A stretch of DNA of 57,683 nt. Source: Candidatus Aenigmatarchaeota archaeon. GTDB lineage: Archaea > Aenigmatarchaeota > Aenigmatarchaeia > QMZP01. The notes below the pieces were generated by a model. The model was not told where the DNA came from, did not search any database, and saw only the letters and a list, made by a program, of their open reading frames with translations. The stretch covers positions 1 to 57,683 of the forward strand of contig WAQT01000059.1 in assembly GCA_015520105.1 (NCBI GenBank). Reading direction: 5' to 3'. The stretch's first letter is position 1; every line of letters starts with the position of its first letter. A program made the position numbers and the translations under genes. Below are positions 9,365 through 18,119 of this stretch, piece after piece.

Positions 9365-9544
9365 TCAGGCCCACTCGTCCTCATCTTCTTCATCAAAATC
9401 AGGCTCTTCGTCCTCTTCATCAAAGTCCTCATCGTCTTCCTCATCAAGCTTTGTTATCCATTCCTCTTCGCGAAGCACGGAGACACCTCCTTGATTGATG
9501 CTTTTGTATATTCCGGTTGGCTTAAAAAGGTATCGGATTTTCAT
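9365..9544 (-). CDS. Candidate 59-aa protein with an extremely acidic tail (below the track cutoff)
   Basis: Hand translation: MKIRYLFKPTGIYKSINQGGVSVLREEEWITKLDEEDDEDFDEEDEEPDFDEEDEDEWA. It starts 35 nt downstream of hypA on the same strand. An internal GTG at 9478 is preceded by GGAGGTG, giving a 37-aa alternative. Confidence 0.35.
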   Translation of the reverse strand: MKIRYLFKPTGIYKSINQGGVSVLREEEWITKLDEEDDEDFDEEDEEPDFDEEDEDEWA

Positions 9545-9579
9545 TGACCATCTCTGGAATATGACATCACGAATAGATT

Positions 9580-9912
9580 TTATCTCTCGGTCGCGACCGG
9601 TTCTACAACGAGTTCGTTGCCCTTTGTTATGTCAGCTACCTTTCCGCACAGCGGGCATCTCGCGAAGTGGACGTGGTCAGGAAGCCGCACGGTTCCTGAG
9701 AAGCCGCACGCGCATGAAACCTCGACAGGCACGCTCACTATTTCTATAGCCATTCCCTCTGCTTCAGTTCCTCTCAGATGCTCCATAAGCATCTCCCTGA
9801 ACGTCTTTGGGTTTGCCCTCATCCTTCCGAGAGTTATCCTGACTCCGGGAGGTTTCGGATTTATCGAGAGCATGAGCGAGAGCGCCTCCCTTACAGAAGA
9901 GAACTCGTGCAT
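9580..9912 (-). CDS. hypA: [NiFe]-hydrogenase nickel insertion protein HypA
   Basis: N-terminal MHE nickel motif and zinc site CACG...CPLCG. 110 aa. Confidence 0.85.
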   Translation of the reverse strand: MHEFSSVREALSLMLSINPKPPGVRITLGRMRANPKTFREMLMEHLRGTEAEGMAIEIVSVPVEVSCACGFSGTVRLPDHVHFARCPLCGKVADITKGNELVVEPVATER

Positions 9913-9993
9913 GCAAATAATTGCCGGGGATAATTAAAAAGTTGACATGTGCTACGAGCTTTATTAACCGGAAAGACAATTATTACCGGGAGA

Positions 9994-10443
9994 ATGGCCG
10001 AGAGGGTTGTGGTGTGCGGCATAGGCAACAGGCTCAGGGGAGACGATGCCACCGGGGTTGAGGCAGTGGAGTCCCTGATGAGAGAGGTCGAGGATGAGAA
10101 CGTTCTCTTCCTGTTATGCGAAAGTTCTCCCGAGAACTTCATTGGAAGCATAGAGAGGTTTGCTCCGGACAAGGTTGTGATAGTGGACGCGGTAGATTTT
10201 GGAAAAGCTCCTGGATACGTCTCGCATATCGACCTGCACACTGTAAGGGGCCTCAACCTCTCAACTCACAAGCTTCCTCTCACGCTGTTTCTTGATTACC
10301 TGCAGAAGAAGCGCAGCTTCGACACTGTGTTCATAGGAGTGCAGCCCAAAAGAACAGGTCTTGGCGAGCCCATGAGCATGGAATGCATGGAAAGCATGGA
10401 TTACCTGAAGGAGCTTATTCTGAAGGAGATAGGAAAGGCGTAG
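9994..10443 (+). CDS. hycI: Hydrogenase maturation endopeptidase (HycI/HybD family)
   Basis: VVVCGIGNRLRGDDATG, SSPENF and IVDAVDFGKAPG motifs. Start taken at MAERVVV. Confidence 0.8.
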   Translation: MAERVVVCGIGNRLRGDDATGVEAVESLMREVEDENVLFLLCESSPENFIGSIERFAPDKVVIVDAVDFGKAPGYVSHIDLHTVRGLNLSTHKLPLTLFLDYLQKKRSFDTVFIGVQPKRTGLGEPMSMECMESMDYLKELILKEIGKA

Positions 10444-10444
10444 T

Positions 10445-10813
10445 TCATCTCCTTGCCGCAAAGCTTCCAGGCCTTCCTCTGTGCGTGCGGGTGAAAGCTT
10501 TTCTGTACGAGGCGAGCTCAAAAGCGGGAGTCATCTTTATCGCGTTCTTTCTTGCCATGTCCCTGCACACATCCTCGCACTGGCCGCAGAAGAGGCATTT
10601 TCCGAGGTCGTGTGTCCAGACCTTGTTCTTCACGTCAACCTCTATCGCGTCCGATGGGCAGTATCTGTCGCACAGCCCGCAGTACACGCACTTCTCCCTG
10701 GAGTGCTCGAGCTTTCCCCTCAGCCCCGGAGGCACTGAAGGCCTTTCCTTTGGATACCTCTGCGTGAAAGGTTTTCTGAAAAGAGTCCTGAGCGCTTCTT
10801 CCACGAGCTTCAT
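10445..10813 (-). CDS. 2x[4Fe-4S] ferredoxin subunit, NuoI/HycF/MbhN-like
   Basis: N-terminal FTQRYPKERP..LRG, then CVYCGLCDRYCP and CLFCGQCEDVC. This is typical of complex-I or group-4 hydrogenase ferredoxin subunits. Confidence 0.75.
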   Translation of the reverse strand: MKLVEEALRTLFRKPFTQRYPKERPSVPPGLRGKLEHSREKCVYCGLCDRYCPSDAIEVDVKNKVWTHDLGKCLFCGQCEDVCRDMARKNAIKMTPAFELASYRKAFTRTHRGRPGSFAARR

Positions 10814-10856
10814 AACAATAATAGAAACTGACGGCTTAAATTACAATATCCGGCAT

Positions 10857-13040
10857 TTACTTCCTGAAGAGAAGAATGAACCTTATCGCGAGTATGATTA
10901 TTATAAGAAGAACTATCACAGCTATTGCGGTTATTCTGAGTCCCTTGTCAGGCGAGGTTTCCTCTCCGGAAGCTATTCCCGTTATTGGAGTTCCCTCTCC
11001 GCTCTCATTCCCTGTTTCAGTGGTTACGTTAAGCGTTACGTTGGTCTCATTCTTTTCCTCGCCTATGGTCACGACAGCCTCGTTCTCTCCTTCCTCTCCG
11101 GGAACGGTTACAGTGATTGGAAGCTCTCCTTCAGAATATTTCGAACCGGCAACAACGCTGAACCTGTACTCTCCGGGTTCTGTTCCAAAAGGCGGGGAAA
11201 CGTAAAGATAAACCTTTCCTTCCTCTCCTGTCTCAAGCTCAAGCGTCTGGGGTTCAAGATAGACCCACTCAGGAGCCCCGGAAAGGGATACCGAAAGAGA
11301 CTGCGGAAGCTTTCCCGTGTTCTTTACTGTTATTGCTTTTCCTGTAGCCTCTCCTGTCCTTATTGTCCCGTTCCCGTCTGAAAGCAGGACGGAGTAGCAC
11401 TCCTCTTTCGGAAGGACGTTAAGGCTTGCTGCCCTGCTGATATTCACGCCGTTCTGGGAAGAGATTGTTATTTGAAGAGCGTAGATGCCGGGTTCTTCAT
11501 ACACCACAGGTATAACAACAGGAACGCTTCCAGACTGCCCGGAACCGAGAAACATGCTCTCCGAACCGATGCCGTAATCAACCGTGAATACATCCGCTAT
11601 GCTTCCGGTGTTGTTCACGAAAACAGAATAGTTCGCGTTCTCTCCTGCGCATGCATACACTGATTCAGGCCTCACCTCCGCTTCCGCGGAATAGCATCTC
11701 TCGCTCACAAGCGTCATCTCTTCGGTGCGGGTGTTTACGCCGTCTGTTGCCGTGAGCGTTATTCTTGTCCTTCCCTCCTCTGCCGGGCTGACCACCTTTA
11801 CGTGAACCTCCTTTGTCTCTCCCGGAGAGAGTGTTATCTCGTCTTGGTCAAGCTCGCCGAATGTTGTTGAGAGCGATATCGTGTTCTCAACCTTTCCCGT
11901 GTTTTTTATCTGCACAGTGAACTGATCCGAGAAGAGACCGGAACATACGGTCTTCTCAATGTCTATCTGAGCTATCTCGAATGATTTGCACTGTTCCGCG
12001 ATGACTGTGGAGGAGAGGGTTGCCTCGTTGCCGTGCCCCGGAGTTATCTTCACATCGAAACCAGACACCCCGGCCGCTTCAGGCGAGGCCGCAAGCTTTA
12101 TTTCCCTTTCTTCAGAAGGAAGAAGCGTTACGCTCCTGTTCGAGACGCTCACCCACTCGGGAGTTGATAGTGTGTAGATGTCAGGGAAAATGCCCGTGTT
12201 CCTGAGAAAGAGTGTGAAACCAGCGCTCTCTCCGGAACATATCCTGCTCTCCTCTGGCTCAAGCGAGGCGTTGAAGTTGTAGCAGTCTTTTAGTTCAAGG
12301 GAGACTGTTGAGCTGTCCTTCACGTAGGAGAATCTCTGGTCTTCTGGAGTTGCTGCGAAGGTTATTGAGAGCGTTCCGGGAGACGTTCTTGGAGGGTTTG
12401 CGGTTGCGGTGACGGTCTTGGTCTCTCCGGGCGAGAGCGTGACCGTGTCCTCCGGGAAACTTACCCAGTCGGCATCGGATGAGATAACGAACGTCTCATC
12501 CCATTTTCCGTTATTTGTCACATTTAGCTCGTATTCTGCGCCTTTCTCTGTTTCGAGGCAGAGGTCTGACGAAGACGGGTTTGCAGAGAGTTTGACTGCC
12601 CTGCACTGCATCACCTCCACCTGAATCTCAGAGGAGGAGATATCTCCAGTGACTGTGGATTTTGCTGTGACAGTGGCCGTATATATTCCTGGCGCGGCAT
12701 CATAAGGCACAGTGAGCCAGAAGGGCTCGATCTTCCTGGACTCTCCTGAAGCAAGGGTTATCTCAGGAACGATGAATCCGGAATTCTCGAACCAGTCGAG
12801 GGAAAGAAGGAACGTGTCTGTATTCTCTCCGTTATTGGTGACCACAACATTGAGTTCATCGGATGTTATCACGCTGTCCGGGCAGGCAGAGACAGAGGCC
12901 GAAGGAAGCTGGTTGCTGAAGACGCTGAGTTCTACGTTCGAGAGCGCATAAGCAGAATGCGGGAAGTACGCAATTGCGAGAAGCGTCGGGAGCAGAATGC
13001 CAACAACCTGCACAAGACTTCCTTTTCTTTGCGCGACCAT
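10857..13040 (-). CDS. Large secreted repeat-domain surface protein (COG1470/NEW3-like beta-sandwich repeats) with an N-terminal signal/TM and a C-terminal TM anchor
   Basis: N-terminal hydrophobic LVQVVGILLPTLLAIAY. Repeated ~90-aa modules (...YxLxVTNNG...D.F.LS...). C-terminal helix ITAIAVIVLLIIIILAIRFILLF. Confidence 0.6.
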   Translation of the reverse strand: MVAQRKGSLVQVVGILLPTLLAIAYFPHSAYALSNVELSVFSNQLPSASVSACPDSVITSDELNVVVTNNGENTDTFLLSLDWFENSGFIVPEITLASGESRKIEPFWLTVPYDAAPGIYTATVTAKSTVTGDISSSEIQVEVMQCRAVKLSANPSSSDLCLETEKGAEYELNVTNNGKWDETFVISSDADWVSFPEDTVTLSPGETKTVTATANPPRTSPGTLSITFAATPEDQRFSYVKDSSTVSLELKDCYNFNASLEPEESRICSGESAGFTLFLRNTGIFPDIYTLSTPEWVSVSNRSVTLLPSEEREIKLAASPEAAGVSGFDVKITPGHGNEATLSSTVIAEQCKSFEIAQIDIEKTVCSGLFSDQFTVQIKNTGKVENTISLSTTFGELDQDEITLSPGETKEVHVKVVSPAEEGRTRITLTATDGVNTRTEEMTLVSERCYSAEAEVRPESVYACAGENANYSVFVNNTGSIADVFTVDYGIGSESMFLGSGQSGSVPVVIPVVYEEPGIYALQITISSQNGVNISRAASLNVLPKEECYSVLLSDGNGTIRTGEATGKAITVKNTGKLPQSLSVSLSGAPEWVYLEPQTLELETGEEGKVYLYVSPPFGTEPGEYRFSVVAGSKYSEGELPITVTVPGEEGENEAVVTIGEEKNETNVTLNVTTETGNESGEGTPITGIASGEETSPDKGLRITAIAVIVLLIIIILAIRFILLFRK

Positions 13041-13109
13041 AGCATAAAATAGGCAATTAATTTTTTAAGCGTATAAGCAAAAAGCTTTTAAATCTTACAC
13101 GGTCACGAA

Positions 13110-13628
13110 TCAGGACTCGGACAGGAGTTTCTCTATCACTGCCCTGAACTCTGCGGCCTCAAGGTCAAGCCTTCCTTGCTTCTCATAGCCGTTGCCTATT
13201 CTGTAGTATTTGCATCCGAACACGAACGTTGGTATGCTTCCGCGGGGATTGAATCTCGTGTACACCGCCATGTCTTCAGCTGGTATTACTCCTTCGGTTC
13301 CGATTGTGAGCGTGTCGTCCTTTGTGTCAAGTTCCCAGTGATGCGCAACTATCTTTCCCTCGCTGACGTATTCGCTGACAACGCTGTCAAACGTTGATTT
13401 AATCCATCTGCAATGCGGGCACCATGTGGTGGAGAAGAGGTATATGACCGGCTTGCCGTCCTCTGTGCATGCCTCTCCGTCAAAATATCTGAATGTCTTT
13501 ATTTCTCCAACTGTCCTGTCTCCCTGGCCAGCGTCCGATGCGAACTGCCCAGTGAGAGCGAACGAGCCGAGAAAGAGTATGAGTGCCGCGAGAGCGACCA
13601 TGAGGTACTTTCCTGATATTCCCGGCAT
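13110..13628 (-). CDS. Membrane-anchored thioredoxin-fold thiol-disulfide oxidoreductase
   Basis: N-terminal TM helix plus the WCPHC active site (FSTTWCPHCRWIK). Confidence 0.7.
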   Translation of the reverse strand: MPGISGKYLMVALAALILFLGSFALTGQFASDAGQGDRTVGEIKTFRYFDGEACTEDGKPVIYLFSTTWCPHCRWIKSTFDSVVSEYVSEGKIVAHHWELDTKDDTLTIGTEGVIPAEDMAVYTRFNPRGSIPTFVFGCKYYRIGNGYEKQGRLDLEAAEFRAVIEKLLSES

Positions 13629-13688
13629 GCTATCTGTGGGAGATAAGATAATAATACTTATAAAACTTGGCTTTGTGGTTTTGTCCCG

Positions 13689-14390
13689 CTAATTCAGAAT
13701 GCGTATCCATTCCCTGGCAATTCTTCTTGCCTCCTCCGCACTTATGCCGAACCTCTCGTAAAGCGGCGGAGGTATTCCTATATCCACCACATAAATCCTG
13801 CCTGAGAGCTTCCTGCCGTCGTTTCTGAGGAGGCCGGATTTCGGGAAGCCCAGAGTCGCAGTGGCCGACGCCTTTATGCATGGTTTCATCGCCTTTCCTG
13901 TAGTTGGGTCGAGCCCCGATGGAATATCTACTGAAAGTATATGCCCGTGCGCGTTTGCAAGCTCTATAATGGAAGACACGGGTTTCCTCGGATTTCCGGA
14001 AACACCGTAGCCGAGGAGAGAGTCTATCACAAGGTCGGCGTCCTTTAACTCTTCCTTAATGCTTTCATTGAAGATAAGAACCGGAACTCCTATTCTTTCA
14101 AGAACGCTTTTCTGTCTACGGATAATGACGCTTTCCGGCAGTTTGGAGAGAACAGCTTTCACGGAATATCCCATGTTCGAGAGGTATCTCGCGGTAACGA
14201 GACCGTCGCCTCCGTTGTTTCCTGTTCCGGCGAGAACCAGAACCCTTGCGTCTGCGCGACTGAGAAGCATCGATGCGACACGCGCCACGCCCGAACCCGC
14301 TGACTCCATCATCTGCAGGGTATCCACTCCTATCTCTTCTGACATTACCCTGTCTATCTCCCTCATCTCTCCCGCAGTGAGCGCTTTCAT
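13689..14390 (-). CDS. NAD(P)H-hydrate epimerase (YjeF N-terminal domain)
   Basis: MREIDRVM...LAGTGNNGGDGLV is characteristic of YjeF_N/AIBP. Confidence 0.8.
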   Translation of the reverse strand: MKALTAGEMREIDRVMSEEIGVDTLQMMESAGSGVARVASMLLSRADARVLVLAGTGNNGGDGLVTARYLSNMGYSVKAVLSKLPESVIIRRQKSVLERIGVPVLIFNESIKEELKDADLVIDSLLGYGVSGNPRKPVSSIIELANAHGHILSVDIPSGLDPTTGKAMKPCIKASATATLGFPKSGLLRNDGRKLSGRIYVVDIGIPPPLYERFGISAEEARRIAREWIRILN

Positions 14391-14405
14391 GCAGCCTTGA
14401 CCGAG

Positions 14406-14648
14406 TTACTCTTTTATTCCCAGAAGGCCCTTTATCCTTTCCACGTCGAACCCGACCACTATGTTTCCGTCTATGTCCAGAACAGGAACACCCATCTGGC
14501 CGGATTTCTCTATCATCTCCTGCGCTCTTGCATGGTCAGCAGAGACGTCCACATCCTCGAACTCCACTCCGTGCTCCTTGAGGAACTGCTTCGCCCTGAA
14601 GCACCAGGGGCAGGTGGGAGTGGAATACACTATTACCTTGTGCGCCAT
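14406..14648 (-). CDS. Glutaredoxin-like protein (NrdH/YruB type)
   Basis: 80 aa with VIVYSTPTCPWCFRAKQFL and GVPVLDIDG. Confidence 0.85.
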   Translation of the reverse strand: MAHKVIVYSTPTCPWCFRAKQFLKEHGVEFEDVDVSADHARAQEMIEKSGQMGVPVLDIDGNIVVGFDVERIKGLLGIKE

Positions 14649-14724
14649 GATTTCACCAAGAATGATTGAAGAGGTGATATAAATATCTTTTCAGGACTCG
14701 AGTGCTGTTCTGAGTTGCTGGATG

Positions 14725-15123
14725 TTAAAACCGGTTCCTGGTTTCGTACAGTGACACCAGTTCGTGAAGGAGACTGCAGGGGTCGGTTCTTCCCTTGATA
14801 AAGAAAGGGGACGAGTATTCCTTTGCTATTTCCCTGATAAGAGGGTTTCCAGAATAGAACACTATACTGGATTCAGGATATTTGTTCTTTATAATTCTGG
14901 CAGCATCGCCGGCAAGCAGCTCTGCCGGGTATCCTTCTTCCCTCGGGAAGTTGCCATCAAGGATAAAGAGGCATGGTTCTTTATATAACGAGTCCAGATT
15001 CTCCTCCAGCTCTCTCAATGTCTTCAAGTTCTTATAATCAACATTCTCCTTATCGCATTTAATGGACATTATAAATGATATAATATTGTCATCCTCGAGG
15101 TGTATGATGGCCGGGTTTTCCAT
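14725..15123 (-). CDS. Orphan CheY-like receiver domain protein (divergent)
   Basis: Receiver key residues appear in order: IIHLEDD (acidic pair), LFILDGNFP (phospho-Asp position), IVFYSGN (Ser/Thr) and FFIKG (Lys). No histidine kinase is nearby. Confidence 0.45.
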   Translation of the reverse strand: MENPAIIHLEDDNIISFIMSIKCDKENVDYKNLKTLRELEENLDSLYKEPCLFILDGNFPREEGYPAELLAGDAARIIKNKYPESSIVFYSGNPLIREIAKEYSSPFFIKGRTDPCSLLHELVSLYETRNRF

Positions 15124-15174
15124 GAGAATGGATTGCAGTTTAGTTTTTTAAGCGTTTGCTATCATGCGCAGACG

Positions 15175-15519
15175 CTATACCGCCCTTATAAAGTTGCATG
15201 ACGGGTCAACCTCTATGAAATGGGTTGCGTTCCTCCCGTAGGCCGGGCATTGGTTTTCGGGCTTGTTGTCCACAGGCTGCCTTGGATTATGCGCGACATC
15301 GCACACCCAGCCCGGTATTATCTCGTTCGAGATGCATGGCCCGGTGGAGAGGTCCTTCCCGTTCTGGAGTTCGACAGCGCACATCAGGACGCATGCGTTC
15401 GCAGCCCTCTGGGCGTCCGAGATTCTGGGGGTGAATATTGCAGGATACACTATGTAGTAGAAAGAGAGGAAGGTGGCAATGAAAACGGCTGCTACAGCGA
15501 GAGCGAACTTTGAGTCCAT
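15175..15519 (-). CDS. Small membrane-anchored, Cys-containing hypothetical protein
   Basis: Start taken at MDSKFALAVAAVFIATFLSFYY (TM helix), followed by a domain with six Cys. Confidence 0.45.
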   Translation of the reverse strand: MDSKFALAVAAVFIATFLSFYYIVYPAIFTPRISDAQRAANACVLMCAVELQNGKDLSTGPCISNEIIPGWVCDVAHNPRQPVDNKPENQCPAYGRNATHFIEVDPSCNFIRAV

Positions 15520-15580
15520 AGCATTATTTTGCGTCAGGGGGTTAAAAACATATTTGCACGCATGCAAGAATCCGCTAACC

Positions 15581-15588
15581 TATAAAAA
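15581..15588 (+). promoter_or_regulatory. TATA box for rpa
   Basis: TATAAAAA lies 25 nt upstream of ATG 15614 and 37 nt upstream of ATG 15626. Confidence 0.45.
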
Positions 15589-15625
15589 CACTGCCTCCAT
15601 ATTTATTCAGTTCATGGGGGATTGC

Positions 15626-16699
15626 ATGTTCTCTGTCGAGGAAATAGTGAAAAAGATTCGCGAGCACTCTGAGGCAAGCGAAGAAGAGATAAGGAAGCTT
15701 ATAGCCGAGAAACAGGAGGAGCTTTCCGGTCTCGTGTCTGAGGAGGGAGCCGCCTATATAGTGGCGAGAGAGTTGGGAGTGAACCTTCTGAAGGAGACAA
15801 AAAGGCAGCTCAAAATAAAGAATCTCGTTCCCGGCCTCAGGTCAGTCGAGCTTGTCGCAAGGGTTGTTAGGATACAGGAGCCGAGGGAATTCGAAAGGAA
15901 CGGGAAACAGGGGAAGGTGGTGAATATAGTTCTTGGCGATGAGACAGGCACGGTCAGGCTTTCCCTCTGGAACGATGAGTGCGAGATTGCGGAAAGGATT
16001 AATGAAGGCGGGAGTGTAAGGATATTCCGGGCGTACACAAAGGAGGACAGCATGGGGAATCCGGAGCTGAGAATTGGGAGAGGAAGCATAGAAAAGATTG
16101 ACCAGGTTGTGAACCTTCCTCCGCCGGAAAGCATAGAAGAGAGGTTCGGAAAGCCTGTCAGGAGGGAGATAGCGGAATTCGGAGAGGGGCAGTTCAACGA
16201 GACAAGGGCCGCTCTTGTGCAGGCGTTCAACAGGAATCCGTTTTATGAGGTGTGCCCGGTGTGCGGCTCAAGGGTTAAGGAGAATGAAGGAAAATGGAGA
16301 TGCGAGGAGCATGGAGAGGTCACACCGGAAAAGAATCTGGTGCTTTCGGGCGTGATAGATGACGGGACCGGAAACATAAGGGCAGTGATGTTCAGGAGCG
16401 CTGCCGAGAAGGTGTTTGGAAAAGACGTAAACGAGATAGAGGACGCATTAAGAGGGAAGGGAGAGGATTTCCAGCTTTCCTCCATAGTGGAGGGTCTCGG
16501 AAGGGAGTTTATATTCAGGGGAAGGGTAAAAAGGAACTCTTACAGCGGGAATCTCGAATTCGTGGTGAACGAGGTCGAGGATGTCGACGCCAAGAGGGAA
16601 GCGGAGAATTTAATTCAAAAGATTGAAAGTATGGATGGTGAAGGAAAGGGCGAACATCGGAACATAGGAACAGCGGAATCGTCCTCCCGGCAGGTTTAA
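15626..16699 (+). CDS. rpa: Replication protein A (OB folds plus zinc finger)
   Basis: N-terminal helical domain, OB-fold segments (VNIVLGDETGTVRLSLW; LSGVIDDGTGNIRAVMF) and C4 finger CPVCGSRVKENEGKWRCEEHG. The start is 15614 or 15626; the track start 15473 overlaps the neighbouring gene and precedes the TATA box. Confidence 0.8.
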   Translation: MFSVEEIVKKIREHSEASEEEIRKLIAEKQEELSGLVSEEGAAYIVARELGVNLLKETKRQLKIKNLVPGLRSVELVARVVRIQEPREFERNGKQGKVVNIVLGDETGTVRLSLWNDECEIAERINEGGSVRIFRAYTKEDSMGNPELRIGRGSIEKIDQVVNLPPPESIEERFGKPVRREIAEFGEGQFNETRAALVQAFNRNPFYEVCPVCGSRVKENEGKWRCEEHGEVTPEKNLVLSGVIDDGTGNIRAVMFRSAAEKVFGKDVNEIEDALRGKGEDFQLSSIVEGLGREFIFRGRVKRNSYSGNLEFVVNEVEDVDAKREAENLIQKIESMDGEGKGEHRNIGTAESSSRQV

Positions 16700-16704
16700 A
16701 TATA
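16695..16704 (+). promoter_or_regulatory. TATA box (TTTAAATATA) overlapping the rpa stop codon
   Basis: Ends 24 nt upstream of ATG 16728 and about 165 nt upstream of the radA ATG. Confidence 0.4.
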
Positions 16705-16727
16705 GCCAGGAAGAAGCATAAGTATAG

Positions 16728-16880
16728 ATGGACTGGAACGCTCAATCAAGGGAGAAGATTCAGAGAAGGGTTGAGCTTCACATCCAGAGGATACAGGAAA
16801 GGTTTGAGCACGTGTTTGGAGAAAAACAGACGGGAATCAAGGATTTTATGTTCAGCAGGAGGAGAATAAATGTCAGATGA
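16728..16880 (+). CDS. Candidate 50-aa basic leader ORF upstream of and overlapping radA
   Basis: Hand translation: [50 protein letters not shown]. It starts at leaderless distance from the TATA box, and its stop overlaps the radA start (ATGTCAGATGA). It could equally be a non-coding 5' UTR. Confidence 0.25.
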   Translation: MDWNAQSREKIQRRVELHIQRIQERFEHVFGEKQTGIKDFMFSRRRINVR

Positions 16881-17808
16881 GATATCCAGCCTCTCCGGGG
16901 TGGGAGAGAAGACTGCTGAGAAGCTGAAGGAAGCGGGATATACCGACCTTATGGCAATAGCAGCTTCTTCCTCAGGAGAGCTTTCAGCAGCGGTTGGAAT
17001 AGGAGAGGACACAGCATCGAGGATAATAGCTTCTGCAAGGGAAAAGCTGAACATGGGTTTCGAGACAGGGGCTTCTGTTCTGAAAAAAAGGGAGCAGGTC
17101 GGAAAAATAAGCACGGGTTCGAAATCGTTGGACTCCCTTCTTGGAGGAGGAGTGGAGACGCAGGCGATAACAGAGGCTCACGGAGCGTTCGGTTCCGGAA
17201 AGTCCCAGCTTGCCCACCAGCTTGCTGTAAACGTTCAGCTTCCGAAAGACAAGGGAGGTCTTGAAGGAAAAGCTATATTCATTGACACCGAGCAGACGTT
17301 CCGCCCCGAAAGGATAGTGGATATGGCCAAGGGGGTGGGGCTTGACCCCAAGAAGGCGCTTGAGAACGTTCTTGTGGCGAGGGCGTATAATTCTGACCAT
17401 CAGGTTCTTCTTGCAGAGAAGGCGGAGGAGTTCATAAAGAACAACAACGTGAAGGTTGTGATTGTGGACTCCCTCACCAGCGCGTTCAGGAGCGATTATA
17501 CCGGAAGGGGAACTCTCGCGAACAGGCAGCAGAAGCTCAACAGGCACCTCCACCAGCTACAGAGGCTTGCCGACGTGTACAATCTTGCTGTGTATGTCAC
17601 GAATCAGGTGATGTCAAGGCCGGACATACTTTTTGGAGACCCCACGGCACCGATTGGAGGCCACGTCCTCGGGCATCAGGCAACGTTCAGAATCTATCTC
17701 AGGAAAAGCAAGGATGTCAAGAGGATTGCAAAGCTTATAGACTCTCCCTGCCTTCCGGAAGGGGAGACCATATTCAAGGTCGTGACCGAAGGAATAAGGG
17801 ACGCATAG
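16870..17808 (+). CDS. radA: DNA repair and recombination protein RadA
   Basis: HhH N-domain [17 protein letters not shown], Walker [10 protein letters not shown], Walker B VVIVDSL. AGGAGGAG lies 6 nt upstream of the ATG. Confidence 0.95.
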   Translation: MSDEISSLSGVGEKTAEKLKEAGYTDLMAIAASSSGELSAAVGIGEDTASRIIASAREKLNMGFETGASVLKKREQVGKISTGSKSLDSLLGGGVETQAITEAHGAFGSGKSQLAHQLAVNVQLPKDKGGLEGKAIFIDTEQTFRPERIVDMAKGVGLDPKKALENVLVARAYNSDHQVLLAEKAEEFIKNNNVKVVIVDSLTSAFRSDYTGRGTLANRQQKLNRHLHQLQRLADVYNLAVYVTNQVMSRPDILFGDPTAPIGGHVLGHQATFRIYLRKSKDVKRIAKLIDSPCLPEGETIFKVVTEGIRDA

Positions 17809-17896
17809 GCGACTGATTCAAGAATTGTCGCAAGCTGTTGTTTCCGGATAACAGGTTAATTCTGGGACCGGTTTCCCGACTTTGCATGCTTAGCGT

Positions 17897-18070
17897 TTAT
17901 TTGCTTACAGGACATCTCGATGAGTGGACGCAGCTCTCGCATGATGACTGGCAATCCCTTGCGTGCTCCTCGCAGAAAGTGACGCTTATGTCCTTTATGG
18001 TTCCTATGAACCCGTTCTCTCCAACCTGCTTCCCGCATATTATGCATACAGGGCTGGAATCCATAGTCAT
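17897..18070 (-). CDS. Small Cys-rich (zinc-binding?) hypothetical protein
   Basis: MTMDSSPVCIICGK...FCEEHARDCQSSCESCVHSSRC. Start chosen at leaderless distance from the palindromic TATA at 18090..18108. Confidence 0.4.
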   Translation of the reverse strand: MTMDSSPVCIICGKQVGENGFIGTIKDISVTFCEEHARDCQSSCESCVHSSRCPVSK

Positions 18071-18089
18071 CAAGGAATTATTTGCGTCA

Positions 18090-18108
18090 GGATTTAAATA
18101 TAAAATCC
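18090..18108. promoter_or_regulatory. Palindromic bidirectional TATA element GGATTTAAATATAAAATCC
   Basis: 6-bp inverted arms around AAATATA. The element ends 11 nt before ATG 18120 (+) and 19 nt before ATG 18070 (-). Confidence 0.45.
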
Positions 18109-18119
18109 AATAGTGAGGC

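Noticed and set aside
10383-11381. 332-aa plus-strand ORF across the ferredoxin and surface-protein genes
   Set aside because: It lies antisense to two well-supported minus-strand genes, with no motifs of its own.
15473-15625. Upstream extension of the RPA ORF
   Set aside because: It overlaps the oppositely oriented small membrane-protein gene and lies upstream of the TATA box at 15581.
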